Below are positions 7,505 to 16,812 of a stretch of DNA of 40,211 nucleotides, piece after piece (position 1 is the first letter of the stretch; each line of letters begins with the position of its first letter). The notes under the pieces were generated by a model. It searched no databases, was not told the DNA's origin, and was given only the letters and a program-made list of their open reading frames with translations. The stretch is from Thermoanaerobaculia bacterium (GTDB taxonomy: Bacteria > Acidobacteriota > Thermoanaerobaculia > Gp7-AA8), in NCBI GenBank assembly GCA_035632455.1, contig DASQGS010000181.1, forward strand, positions 1 through 40,211, written 5' to 3'. A program made the translations under genes and the position numbers.

Positions 7505-8010
7505 GCGGCCTCGGCGAGAAGATTCCAATGCCTGCCGGCTTTCCAGAGGCGCCTGACCGCGACGCGTTCACTTACCTGCTTCCCGGAAACCTGGTCGCCT
7601 CACGCGACCCGATCGTGGTGACGACGATCCTCGGTTCCTGCGTGGCTGTCTGTCTCTACGACGCGACGAGCGGAATCGGCGGGATCAACCATTTCCTTCT
7701 GCCAAAGTGGCCGGCGGCCACCGGCGGGACGCCTCGCCACGGAAGCATCGCCATTCCCAAGCTCGTGGAGCGTCTACTGGCCCTCGGCGCAAACCGCGGC
7801 AGGCTCGAAGCGAAAGTTTTTGGAGGCGCTGCGGTCCTGCAGCAGTTGGCCCGTGCCGTCTATCACCTCGGCGCGCAAAACGCGGATGTGGCGATCCAGA
7901 TCCTCGATCGCGCAGGGATTCCGATCGTGGCAAACGATACCGGCGGTCATCGCGGCCGCAAGCTGATCTTTCACACCGAGGGCGGTCTCGCCTTCGTCAA
8001 GTACCTCTGA
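7501..8010 (+). CDS. cheD: Chemoreceptor glutamine deamidase CheD
   Basis: ATG 7501 overlaps the upstream stop (ATGA). Reads ...IVVTTILGSCVAVCLYD...GGINHFLLP...EAKVFGGA...IVANDTGGHRGRKLIFHTEGG, the CheD signature. Confidence 0.9.
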   Translation: MSGLGEKIPMPAGFPEAPDRDAFTYLLPGNLVASRDPIVVTTILGSCVAVCLYDATSGIGGINHFLLPKWPAATGGTPRHGSIAIPKLVERLLALGANRGRLEAKVFGGAAVLQQLARAVYHLGAQNADVAIQILDRAGIPIVANDTGGHRGRKLIFHTEGGLAFVKYL

Positions 8011-8020
8011 AGGACGATCG

Positions 8021-9727
8021 ATGGAGATCAATCGCACGGACGTAGTTCAAGTGTTCCTCGCCGAGTCCGAGGAAAATCTCGGAACAATCGAGCAGACCTT
8101 GATCGCACTCGAGCGCGATTCGGGAAACAGCGAGCTCGTCGAGGAGATCTTCCGCGCCGCCCACACGTTCAAAGGAAACGCCTCCTGCGTAGGTTTCACC
8201 GCACTCGCGGACGTCACGCACATGATCGAGGACTATCTCGATCAGATACGTGTTGGTGCACGGCGGCTAACGCAGCGGGTCATTTCGCTGCTGCTCGATT
8301 CGATCGACGTACTTCGCGAGATGGTCGCGGAGTGCGCGAACGGCTCGGAGTCGCTTCGCGGCGACCACGCTGTCTTCGTCGAAGAGCTGCGCAGCGCCAT
8401 CGAGCGCGAGGACGCGGCCGTCCCAGCCGCGACTGATACCTCCGCACACGCCGCCTCAAACGGCGATGGGCTGCGGAGCCGCACTCTTCGCGTGAGCGTG
8501 GAGAAGCTCGACGGACTGCTCAATCTGGCCGGCGAGGTGGCCATCGCACGCGGTCGTCTCCGGCAGATGATCGAGAGCCGTGAGCCTTTCAATCGAATCC
8601 TGGAAGTGCATCGCGAAGCCGATCAGCTCCACATCGACCTGCAGGAGCTGGTGATGCGCATGCGGATGGTCCCGATCGGCCCGACCTTCAGGCAGCACGT
8701 CCGCACGGTGCGCGACCTGGCGCTGTCGGAGCGCAAAGAGGCAACGCTTGTACTGCATGGCGAGGACGTAGAGCTCGACACGAAAGTCGTCGAGCACTTG
8801 CGCGACCCGCTACTTCATATGATTCGGAACGCGGTCGACCATGGCATCGAGAGGCCTGAGGAACGTGTGGCGGCCGGCAAGGAATCTTGCGGCATCATCG
8901 TTCTCAGCGCCCGCCACGAGAGTGGCTCGATCGTGATCGAGATCCGCGACGATGGCGCGGGCGTCGACCGCCAGCGCATTCTCGGGCGGGCCATCGAGCG
9001 AGGACTGGTTGGCGCCAGCGACAAGATCGCGGACGCCGACATCGATCAACTCCTCTTCTCGTCCGGCCTTTCCACGGCCAAACAAGTGAGCGACATCTCC
9101 GGCCGCGGCGTCGGTCTCGACGTCGTTCGGCGGAACGTCGAGACTTTGCACGGAAGCGTGTCGATCGAAAGCGTTCCAGGAATAGGAACCACGTTCTCAA
9201 TCCGCCTCCCGCTCACGTTAGCCATCATCGACGGTTTTTCCGTCGGCGTCGGTAGGGAAACATTCATGATTCCGCTCGATGCCGTCGTCGAGTGCGTCGA
9301 GGTGCCGCTAGACGGCGCAACGTCGATCGACTCGTGCGGCGTACTCAGTCTTCGCGGCGACCCGCTGCCGTGGGTCCGGCTGCGCGAAGTCTTCGGCGTT
9401 CTCGCCGAGCCGCCGCCGCGCGAGAAAGTCGTCGTCGTGGAATGCGGCGACGTACGGGCAGGGCTCGTCGTCGACGAATTGCACGGAGAGCATCAAACCG
9501 TCATCAAGCCGCTCGGTCCGCTTTTCCACGGACTTCCCGGAATCGCCGGCTCATCCATCCTCGGCAACGGACGCGTGGCTCTGATCATCGATGTGCCGGG
9601 GCTGATCTTCGACGTGACCCAGCGGCTCGCCGCGAGTCGTGCCCGGGGAAACTTCAACGGAGCGAACACCCCGATCCGGGCCGCTGTCGCCGAACCGGGG
9701 AGGAAGAACTGGATGCGAAACCGATAG
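8021..9727 (+). CDS. cheA: Chemotaxis histidine kinase CheA (Hpt, dimerisation, HATPase, CheW-like domains; no obvious P2)
   Basis: 568 aa. Hpt [51 protein letters not shown], and a C-terminal CheW-like domain (...[27 protein letters not shown]...). Confidence 0.95.
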   Translation: MEINRTDVVQVFLAESEENLGTIEQTLIALERDSGNSELVEEIFRAAHTFKGNASCVGFTALADVTHMIEDYLDQIRVGARRLTQRVISLLLDSIDVLREMVAECANGSESLRGDHAVFVEELRSAIEREDAAVPAATDTSAHAASNGDGLRSRTLRVSVEKLDGLLNLAGEVAIARGRLRQMIESREPFNRILEVHREADQLHIDLQELVMRMRMVPIGPTFRQHVRTVRDLALSERKEATLVLHGEDVELDTKVVEHLRDPLLHMIRNAVDHGIERPEERVAAGKESCGIIVLSARHESGSIVIEIRDDGAGVDRQRILGRAIERGLVGASDKIADADIDQLLFSSGLSTAKQVSDISGRGVGLDVVRRNVETLHGSVSIESVPGIGTTFSIRLPLTLAIIDGFSVGVGRETFMIPLDAVVECVEVPLDGATSIDSCGVLSLRGDPLPWVRLREVFGVLAEPPPREKVVVVECGDVRAGLVVDELHGEHQTVIKPLGPLFHGLPGIAGSSILGNGRVALIIDVPGLIFDVTQRLAASRARGNFNGANTPIRAAVAEPGRKNWMRNR

Positions 9728-9840
9728 CGCCTGCGTCGGTCATCCTCATTCCAAGGGCGACCCACGCAATCGCAAGCGCGGCTAACGATCGAGATCGAGG
9801 GCCGCCCCGACCAAAGCTCAACTCACTTTCCACAAGGAGA

Positions 9841-11505
9841 ATGGCAATGCAGAAAATCACATTGCGTACCCGTTTGATCACCGCATTCGGGATACTCATC
9901 GGCATCGTGGCCGTACTCGGTTGGTTCGCGCTCGACCGTCTTGGAACGCTGAACCACACCATGCGGGACGTCGTCAGCTATCGATACAACATGCTGGAGA
10001 TGACCAATCGCACCCTGGAGATCTCGATCGAGAATTCGCGGTTGACATTACAGATGCTGCTTAGTCGCGACAAGAAGAGCGTCGACGCTCTTCGAGCCGA
10101 GATTCCGCAGAACTCGAAGGCCATCACGAACCTGATCGATCAGATCGAGAAGGGCGTCAAGCTTCCACAGGAAAAAGCGATGTTCGCGGCCGTCACGGCT
10201 CGCCGGACGCCGTACCTGGAAAGCCGTAGGGCAGCGGAGAAGCTCCTTGTCGACGGCCATCACGACCAGGCCGTGGCGGTGGCGGTCAACGAGATGCTGC
10301 CGCACCTCACCTCGTACCGGCAAGCCTGGAACGATTTCGCGGCGTTTCAGCGCAAGAGCGCCGAAGTAGCGGTTCAGCAAAGCGCGAGAGAATTCGAGTC
10401 AGCGCGCACGGTCATTTTCATCGGAATCATCGTCGCAGTTATCGCCGCGCTGGTTTTGGCGTGGAGCGTGACGAGGGCGGTGACCAAGCCGGTCATGGCC
10501 GCAACCAGAGTCGCCGAGGAGATCGCGGCGGGCAACCTAGACGTGGAGATCACCATCACCGGCCGCGACGAGTTGGGTCAGCTTCAGCGTTCCATGCAGA
10601 CCATGTCGCAGAAGCTCCGCGAAGTCGTGGCCGAGATTCGCAGCGGAGCGGAAGCCTTGGCTTCGGCGGCGGGCCAGGTCTCGGCCTCGTCACAGACACT
10701 CTCGCAGGGCACGAGCGAGCAGGCCTCGTCGGTCGAGGAGACGACTTCAAGCCTCGAGCAGATGAATGCCTCCATCATGCAGAACGCCGACAACAGCAAA
10801 CAGATGGAACAGATGGCGGTCACCGGCACGCGCGACGCCGAGGAGAGTGGGAACGCCGTTCAAGCCACGGTCGAGGCGATGACCAATATCGCCGAGCGCA
10901 TCTCGATCATCGAAGAGATCGCCTATCAGACGAATCTTCTCGCGCTCAACGCCGCCATCGAAGCGGCACGGGCCGGCGATCACGGACGTGGATTCGCGGT
11001 GGTGGCCACCGAGGTGCGCAAGCTGGCGGAGCGCAGCCAGACCGCGGCCAAGGAGATCGGCCAGCTCGCTTCGACGAGTGTGCGCGTCGCGGAGCGCTCC
11101 GGCGGGCTGCTGCGCGATCTCGTGCCGGCGATCCGCAAGACCACCGCGCTAGTTCAAGAGGTCTCCGCCGCCTCCAGCGAGCAAGCCACAGGCGTCGCCC
11201 AAATCAACCTCGCCATGAGCAGCGTCGACCAGGTCACGCAGCGCAACGCGTCAGCGGCCGAGGAACTGTCCGGCACCGCTGAGGAGATGGCCTCCCAGGC
11301 CGAGTCGCTGCAAACACTGATGAGCTTCTTCAAGCTCGGCAACGAATCCGCACCTGCGAACAGGCATGTGCCGCAGCCAGCCATGCGAATCGGTGCGAGT
11401 CCCGTTGCCAACGCGCCGCAGAAACCGTTGGTGCGCTTTCAGCCCGGAAGCGCAGCAGCTTTCGACCATCAGCCAGCGGCTGAGAATGGTTTCCAGCGCT
11501 TCTGA
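9841..11505 (+). CDS. Methyl-accepting chemotaxis protein (4-helix-bundle sensor, HAMP, MA domain)
   Basis: ATG 9841 follows AAGGAGA, internal to ORF 9292..11505. N-terminal TM ([20 protein letters not shown]), a second TM plus HAMP, and the highly conserved tip [41 protein letters not shown]. Confidence 0.95.
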   Translation: MAMQKITLRTRLITAFGILIGIVAVLGWFALDRLGTLNHTMRDVVSYRYNMLEMTNRTLEISIENSRLTLQMLLSRDKKSVDALRAEIPQNSKAITNLIDQIEKGVKLPQEKAMFAAVTARRTPYLESRRAAEKLLVDGHHDQAVAVAVNEMLPHLTSYRQAWNDFAAFQRKSAEVAVQQSAREFESARTVIFIGIIVAVIAALVLAWSVTRAVTKPVMAATRVAEEIAAGNLDVEITITGRDELGQLQRSMQTMSQKLREVVAEIRSGAEALASAAGQVSASSQTLSQGTSEQASSVEETTSSLEQMNASIMQNADNSKQMEQMAVTGTRDAEESGNAVQATVEAMTNIAERISIIEEIAYQTNLLALNAAIEAARAGDHGRGFAVVATEVRKLAERSQTAAKEIGQLASTSVRVAERSGGLLRDLVPAIRKTTALVQEVSAASSEQATGVAQINLAMSSVDQVTQRNASAAEELSGTAEEMASQAESLQTLMSFFKLGNESAPANRHVPQPAMRIGASPVANAPQKPLVRFQPGSAAAFDHQPAAENGFQRF

Positions 11506-11516
11506 GGGGGCCACCG

Positions 11517-12050
11517 ATGAAGACCAGGGAGACTCGTGAGCTGAAGCAGTTCCTCACGTTCGACATCGCCGGCGAGGAATACGCCATTTCCGTCCTGAAG
11601 GTCCGCGAGATTCTCGAGTACGACGTCGTCACGCCAGTGCCCAATGTGCCGGCCTCGATCCGCGGGGTCATGAACCTCCGAGGACAGGTCGTGCCGATCA
11701 TCGACCTCGCGGTGAAATTCGGCCTGCCGAGAACACAGACCGGACGGACCACGTGCAACATCGTCGTCGACGTCTCGCTCGAAGGTGAGGATGCGGTCAT
11801 GGGCATCATGGCCGACCCGGTCAAACAGGTAATCGATCTCGTCGCGGACGAGATCGAGCCTCCGCCGGCGTTCGGGACAAGCGTTCACGTCGATTACCTC
11901 CAAGGCATGGGGAAGGCGGACAAAAGATTCGTGCTGATCCTCGATCTCGACAAGCTCCTCACGACCGACGAACTGCTCAAGCCCGAGCAGGCGGAGGCCG
12001 CGATGGTAGAGGTCGCCCCTACCGAAGCCTCCGAGGCAGCGTTGCCTTGA
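11517..12050 (+). CDS. cheW: Chemotaxis coupling protein CheW
   Basis: 177 aa: FLTFDIAGEEYAISVLKVREILEY...VPNVPASIRGVMNLRGQVVPIIDL. Confidence 0.95.
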   Translation: MKTRETRELKQFLTFDIAGEEYAISVLKVREILEYDVVTPVPNVPASIRGVMNLRGQVVPIIDLAVKFGLPRTQTGRTTCNIVVDVSLEGEDAVMGIMADPVKQVIDLVADEIEPPPAFGTSVHVDYLQGMGKADKRFVLILDLDKLLTTDELLKPEQAEAAMVEVAPTEASEAALP

Positions 12051-12916
12051 ATACCCTGGTCGCTGTGGCGACATTGACCGATCGCGAATTCGGGCAGATC
12101 CAGGAGCTCGTGTACCGCGAGGCGGGCATCTTCCTATCCAAAGAGAAGAAGGCTCTGGTTGTCGCGCGCCTGGGAAGACGGCTTCGCGAGCTGCAGATTC
12201 AATCCTTCGGCGAGTACTACAGTCGCGCCCATGAATCGAACGACGAGCGAAGGCGCTTGCTCGACGCCATCTGCACGAATGAGACGCACTTCTTTCGCGA
12301 GCCGCGCCAGTTCGAGTTCCTGGAGCGACAGATCATTCCGGCGTGGCGGCGCGAGGCATCCGCGGGGAGACGCCGGCGATGCGTGCGCGTGTGGAGCGCC
12401 GCTTGTTCGACCGGCGAGGAGCCGTTTTCGATCGCTATGCTTCTTCGTTACGCGCTCCCCTCGGATTGGGCGATCGAGCTGCTGGCCAGCGACCTCTCAA
12501 CCCAGGTGCTGGCGAGGGCGCAGGCAGCAGTCTGGCCAATCGCCAGGTCCGAGGAGATTCCTCCGGTACTGTTGAAGGCCTTCATGCTCAGAGGCGTCGA
12601 GGCTCACAGCGGGCTGATGAAGGCCTCATCCGAGCTCCGGTCGCTGGCGACGTTCCGTCACATCAATCTGAACGATGAGCGGTACGATGTCGGGCAATTC
12701 GATCTCGTGTTCTGCCGCAACGTGCTCATGTACTTCAGTGACGATTCCAGGACAAGAGTGATCCTGCGCTTGCTGAAACATCTCACTCCGTCGGGCTATC
12801 TCTTCCTCGGTCACGCCGAGTCGCTGAACCGCGTCACCGATCGGGTAAAGAACGTTGGTCCGACGGTCTACGCGCATGCCGATCAGGACGAGACTTTTCT
12901 CGGAGCGGCGGGGTGA
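12047..12916 (+). CDS. cheR: Chemotaxis protein methyltransferase CheR
   Basis: 289 aa: [19 protein letters not shown]...[13 protein letters not shown]...[18 protein letters not shown]...FCRNVLMYF. The TTG start overlaps the cheW stop; a GTG a few codons downstream is also possible. Confidence 0.93.
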   Translation: MNTLVAVATLTDREFGQIQELVYREAGIFLSKEKKALVVARLGRRLRELQIQSFGEYYSRAHESNDERRRLLDAICTNETHFFREPRQFEFLERQIIPAWRREASAGRRRRCVRVWSAACSTGEEPFSIAMLLRYALPSDWAIELLASDLSTQVLARAQAAVWPIARSEEIPPVLLKAFMLRGVEAHSGLMKASSELRSLATFRHINLNDERYDVGQFDLVFCRNVLMYFSDDSRTRVILRLLKHLTPSGYLFLGHAESLNRVTDRVKNVGPTVYAHADQDETFLGAAG

Positions 12917-13965
12917 AAGTTCTCGTCGTCGACGATTCCGCCGTGGTCAGGCAGATCGTGACCGCGATCCTGGCGGAGCAGCGCGACATCACGGTGCAGG
13001 TCGCTTCAGATCCGCTCATCGCCATGCAGAAGATGCAGCAGTCCCGTCCCGACGTCATTCTTCTCGATCTCGAAATGCCGCGGATGGATGGGCTGACCTT
13101 TCTTCGCAAGTTGATGAGCGAGGACCCGATCCCCGTGGTGGTCTGCTCAGCTCTGGCCGGCCGCGGCAGCGACGTGGCGGTCCAGGCGTTGGAAGAGGGC
13201 GCGGTCGATATCGTCACCAAGCCACGCCTTGGCGTGCGCGAGTTTCTCATCGAGACCTCGATCACGCTGACCGACACGCTGCGGGCTGCGGCGAGCGCCA
13301 AGCTGCGGTCTCGTCTCCGTCACTTGCCGCGCAAGCCGAAAGAGACTGCCGACGCTGTGCTCGCCGCCCAGCCACCGGCCGTGCGCTATACGACGGATAA
13401 GGTGGTGGCCATGGGCGCTTCCACCGGCGGCACCGAAGCGCTCAGCGCGATTATCGAAGCCCTTCCACCCGACGCGCCGGCGGTCGTCGTCGTGCAGCAC
13501 ATGCCGGAGGTCTTCACGGCCAGCTTCGCCCGGCGACTGAACGACATCAGCCGCGTCGAGGTCAAGGAGGCCGCCGACGGCGATCGCGCCGCTCCAGGAC
13601 ACGTGCTTATCGCGCCCGGCAACCGGCACTTGATCGTCCGTCGCAGCGGTGCACGCTACGTGGTCGAGCTTGCGGACGGCCCGCTGGTCTCGCGGCACCG
13701 CCCGAGCGTCGACGTACTCTTCCGCTCCGTCGCTCAGGCGGCAGGGCCCAACGCCATCGGCGTGATCCTCACCGGAATGGGGAGCGACGGCGCCGCCGGT
13801 CTGCTGGAGATGTTCGAAGCCGGCGCCGTGACCATCGCACAGAACGAGGCGACCTGCGTGGTCTTCGGCATGCCGAAGGAAGCGATCGCCCGCGGCGCCG
13901 TACACCACGTGCTCCCGCTCGGCAGTATTCCGGGAGCGCTCGTCCGAATGGCTACGGCGCAGTAG
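12913..13965 (+). CDS. cheB: Protein-glutamate methylesterase CheB (receiver plus CheB_methylest)
   Basis: 350 aa: [15 protein letters not shown]...[11 protein letters not shown]...[14 protein letters not shown]...VVVVQHMP...[13 protein letters not shown] overlap with the cheR stop. Confidence 0.95.
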   Translation: MKVLVVDDSAVVRQIVTAILAEQRDITVQVASDPLIAMQKMQQSRPDVILLDLEMPRMDGLTFLRKLMSEDPIPVVVCSALAGRGSDVAVQALEEGAVDIVTKPRLGVREFLIETSITLTDTLRAAASAKLRSRLRHLPRKPKETADAVLAAQPPAVRYTTDKVVAMGASTGGTEALSAIIEALPPDAPAVVVVQHMPEVFTASFARRLNDISRVEVKEAADGDRAAPGHVLIAPGNRHLIVRRSGARYVVELADGPLVSRHRPSVDVLFRSVAQAAGPNAIGVILTGMGSDGAAGLLEMFEAGAVTIAQNEATCVVFGMPKEAIARGAVHHVLPLGSIPGALVRMATAQ

Positions 13966-13973
13966 ACGTCGGC

Positions 13974-15086
13974 TCACAGCCGCTTCCGCGCAAGAATCGA
14001 ACGATACAAATCCTCGAGCCGGCCGATGCGGAGCTCCTTCGAGAAGCTACGCCGTACGTGATCCATCGCACGCGCCGCGACGGCATTGCGGCGGTCCGGT
14101 CCGCCCATCACGTCGCGAATCGCGCCGGCGATCGCGCCGGAGTCCTGCGGCGCGATGAGCCAGCCTACTTCACGTGTCGAGACCAACTCGCGGTTGCCGC
14201 CGCAGTCGGTTGCGATGACCGGTTTGCGCATGGCCATGGCCTCGCGAATCGTTCCGGTCACACCCGTGCCGGCCCAGGAGGCATCGACGACGAGATCGCA
14301 GGCGGCAAGAACGCTGGGCATGTCGGTCCGGTACTCGACTGGCGAAACGCGATCTCCGATTCCCGACTCACGGGCAAAGCCGGTGACGTCCCCCTTCTCT
14401 CCGTCGTTCCTGCAGCCGACCAGCGCCAAGTGGATCTCGGGATGCGACGGCGCCACGGCGGCGATTGCCGCGATCAGCTCCTTCCACCCTTTCCAATCGC
14501 GGACGCCGACCTGGGCAACGAGGAAGCGGTCCTCGCCGATGCCTTTCTCGCGACGAAACGCTGAGGGGTCCCACTTCGTCGGATCAAACAATGCGACGTC
14601 GGTGCCCGCGTAGACGACTTCGACCTTATCTGAAGGCAGCCTGCCGCTGGTCACGATCACGTCCTTGATCTGCCGGCATACCGTGACGATGCGGTCGACG
14701 CGGTGCGTGCGATACTTGCCGCGATTCCAACGATCGAGCGGGAACGACACGCCGCGGTTGACGATAAACGCGCCAACTGGCTTCCCGAACGTGGCACTCA
14801 GCGCGAGAGCGTGGGCCACTCCCTTGTGGGCGTGGATCACATCGAAGCGCCGTTCGGCGATGAGCCGGCGGAGCGCGAAAATAGTCCCGAGGTCGAACGA
14901 GTTGCGAAACGGAAGTGCCTGGAAGTCAATCCCCGACTCGGCGGCCTTTGCCGCGAGAACGGGATCGGGACGGCTCGCGATCGCGACCTCGTGGCCCCGC
15001 TCGCGCAACCCCGCCGCGGCCTGGAACATCTGGTGGACCGACCCGGTGTTGAACTGGTTGAACTCGAGGGCCTGAAGGATTCTCAT
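13974..15086 (-). CDS. Glycosyltransferase, GT4-type (GT-B fold)
   Basis: 370 aa: MRILQALEFNQFNTGSVHQM...GHEV... and a C-terminal ...VVDASWAGTGVTGTIREAMAMRKPVIATDCGGNRELV, typical of Glycos_transf_1. Confidence 0.85.
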   Translation of the reverse strand: MRILQALEFNQFNTGSVHQMFQAAAGLRERGHEVAIASRPDPVLAAKAAESGIDFQALPFRNSFDLGTIFALRRLIAERRFDVIHAHKGVAHALALSATFGKPVGAFIVNRGVSFPLDRWNRGKYRTHRVDRIVTVCRQIKDVIVTSGRLPSDKVEVVYAGTDVALFDPTKWDPSAFRREKGIGEDRFLVAQVGVRDWKGWKELIAAIAAVAPSHPEIHLALVGCRNDGEKGDVTGFARESGIGDRVSPVEYRTDMPSVLAACDLVVDASWAGTGVTGTIREAMAMRKPVIATDCGGNRELVSTREVGWLIAPQDSGAIAGAIRDVMGGPDRRNAVAARAMDHVRRSFSKELRIGRLEDLYRSILARKRL

Positions 15087-15109
15087 CGGTGAGAATGTTA
15101 CGTGTTGGT

Positions 15110-15243
15110 TGTTGAATTGAATACCAATTGAGCAACGAGGCTCACGCGAAGGAGCGAAGCTTCTATTGATTGAGCTTGTTCATATCCAAGCGAATTCGCG
15201 TCTTCGCGTGGCCATTTGTCTAACTTCAATTCAAGATTCAACA
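15110..15243. repeat. AT-rich ~134-bp imperfect palindrome (MITE-like) containing a copy of the CACGCGAAG family
   Basis: The outer arms TGTTGAAT (15110-15117) and ATTCAACA (15236-15243) pair, as do TTGAATTGAA (15113-15122) and TTCAATTCAA (15225-15234). The inner arms are GGCTCACGCGAAGGAGCGAAGC (15139-15160) and GCGAATTCGCGTCTTCGCGTGGCC (15190-15213), with CACGCGAAG/CTTCGCGTG pairing perfectly. It lies in the divergent spacer between the GT4 and hydrolase genes. Confidence 0.5.
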
Positions 15244-15313
15244 TTTGCCACTCAACATTTATCATTCCCGACTGCGCAGTCTGGTTTTCACTCCGCGGAA
15301 AAGGAGTCCTCGC

Positions 15314-16153
15314 ATGCGACGTCTTCCTCTGCTTCTCTCCGCCATCCTCGCGCTGCTCGCTCCGCTCGTCCTCTCCGCGCAGGAGCATGAACATCCCGGC
15401 ACGCGCACAACCGTCAACACCTTCCATAAGGGCGCTGCGCCTCCGCCGACCATCTCCCTGCTTCGAGGCAAAGTCATCCAGTTCCCTTCTGCGATAGGCG
15501 GCAACGCGAGCGGATACCTCGCGCTCCCTGACTCGAAGACGCCCGCGCGCCACCCCGCGATCATCGTGATCCAGGAGTGGTGGGGAATGAACGACTGGAT
15601 CCTTCAACAGGCTGATCGCTTTTCGCGCGACGGCTACGTCGCTTTGGCTATCGACCTTTACCGCGGCAAGAGCACCACCGATCCGGCCACGGCTCACGAG
15701 CTGATGCGCGGTATGCCGGAGGATCGAGCCATGGCCGATCTGAAAGCCGCATTCAACCTTCTCGCTTCGCGCTCGGACGTCGATCCGGCGAAGATCGGTT
15801 CGATCGGCTGGTGCATGGGCGGTGGCTATTCGCTCGCGCTGGCGACGGTCGAGCCTCGCCTCGCGGCCTGCGTGATGAACTACGGGCGACTGGTCACGGA
15901 TCCGGCCACGATCGAGAAGATGCGTCCTCCGATCCTCGGCAACTTCGGCGCCGACGACAAAGGCATCCCGCCGGCCGACGTGAAGGCCTTCGATGCCGCG
16001 CTCAAGAAGGCGGGGAAATCGTCGGACATCAAGATCTACGACGGCGCAGGGCATGCGTTCATGAATCCTGCGAACACGGACGGATACCGCCCCGAGTCAG
16101 CCAAGGACGCCTGGAGACGGATTGATGCGTTCCTCGAGAAGAAACTGAAGTAA
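15314..16153 (+). CDS. Secreted dienelactone hydrolase family protein
   Basis: ATG 15314 follows AAGGAG. Signal peptide MRRLPLLLSAILALLAPLVLSAQ. Motifs IIVIQEWWGMNDW..., GSIGWCMGGGYSL (nucleophile elbow), GADDKGIP and GAGHAFMNP. Confidence 0.9.
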   Translation: MRRLPLLLSAILALLAPLVLSAQEHEHPGTRTTVNTFHKGAAPPPTISLLRGKVIQFPSAIGGNASGYLALPDSKTPARHPAIIVIQEWWGMNDWILQQADRFSRDGYVALAIDLYRGKSTTDPATAHELMRGMPEDRAMADLKAAFNLLASRSDVDPAKIGSIGWCMGGGYSLALATVEPRLAACVMNYGRLVTDPATIEKMRPPILGNFGADDKGIPPADVKAFDAALKKAGKSSDIKIYDGAGHAFMNPANTDGYRPESAKDAWRRIDAFLEKKLK

Positions 16154-16320
16154 GCTCCGGCGATCATTGACGCGGAGAGGTGCTCGCCGCCTCGGCCGTG
16201 CGTTGCGGCGCGCCGGGAGCGGATGATACGATGCAAGCTGTTGATTCCAAGTAATTTCGCGGACTCGTGCAAGGCCGGGAGGCAGGGTTGCCGACGGACA
16301 AGGCTCCTCCGAGGGACCAG

Positions 16321-16812
16321 ATGAAGGTGACCGACAAGCGGATCTTCACCGCTGAGGGCGAGATCCGGGAGGAGTTCCGGGATGAATTCCGTGGTGATAG
16401 CACCACGGCCGATCCGTCCCCGACGCTGGCGCCACCTGAGCCTGCGCCCGAAAAGCCGGCGGAACCGCCACCGAGGCCCGCGGAGCCTCCGCCCCAACCG
16501 AAGAAGGAGAAGCCCGCTGCCGCCGGTGAGCGCGGCCGCACCGTGACCGATCGCGCGCAAAACCCGGGGACGCCATTCACGAACTTTCTCGAGTCGCTCA
16601 TCGTGCAGGCGTACATGAGCCTCGGCATGCTGCGCAACCCTTATCAGCCGCAAGCGAAGGTCGATCCGCCCGCGGCCCGGCAGATGATCGAGATTCTCAC
16701 GCTTCTGCACGACAAGACCGCCGGCAACCTGACCGATGAAGAAGAGGATTTTCTGACGACGCATCTGGGAGAATTGAAGCTCGCGTTCGTCCAAAGAACG
16801 AAGTCTCTGTGA
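16321..16812 (+). CDS. DUF1844-like protein with a proline-rich linker
   Basis: Start at ATG 16321 (MKVTDKRIF), internal to ORF 16267..16812. The C-terminal part FTNFLESLIVQAYMSLGMLRNP...ARQMIEILTLLHDKTAGNLTDEEEDFLTTHLGELKLAFV matches my memory of the DUF1844 pattern. Confidence 0.75.
   Translation: MKVTDKRIFTAEGEIREEFRDEFRGDSTTADPSPTLAPPEPAPEKPAEPPPRPAEPPPQPKKEKPAAAGERGRTVTDRAQNPGTPFTNFLESLIVQAYMSLGMLRNPYQPQAKVDPPAARQMIEILTLLHDKTAGNLTDEEEDFLTTHLGELKLAFVQRTKSL

Noticed and set aside
9292-9840. 183-codon N-terminal extension of the MCP ORF
   Set aside because: It is extremely Arg-rich and overlaps the cheA 3' end in another frame. A good ribosome-binding site and ATG at 9841 precede the first TM helix, so the extension is not translated.
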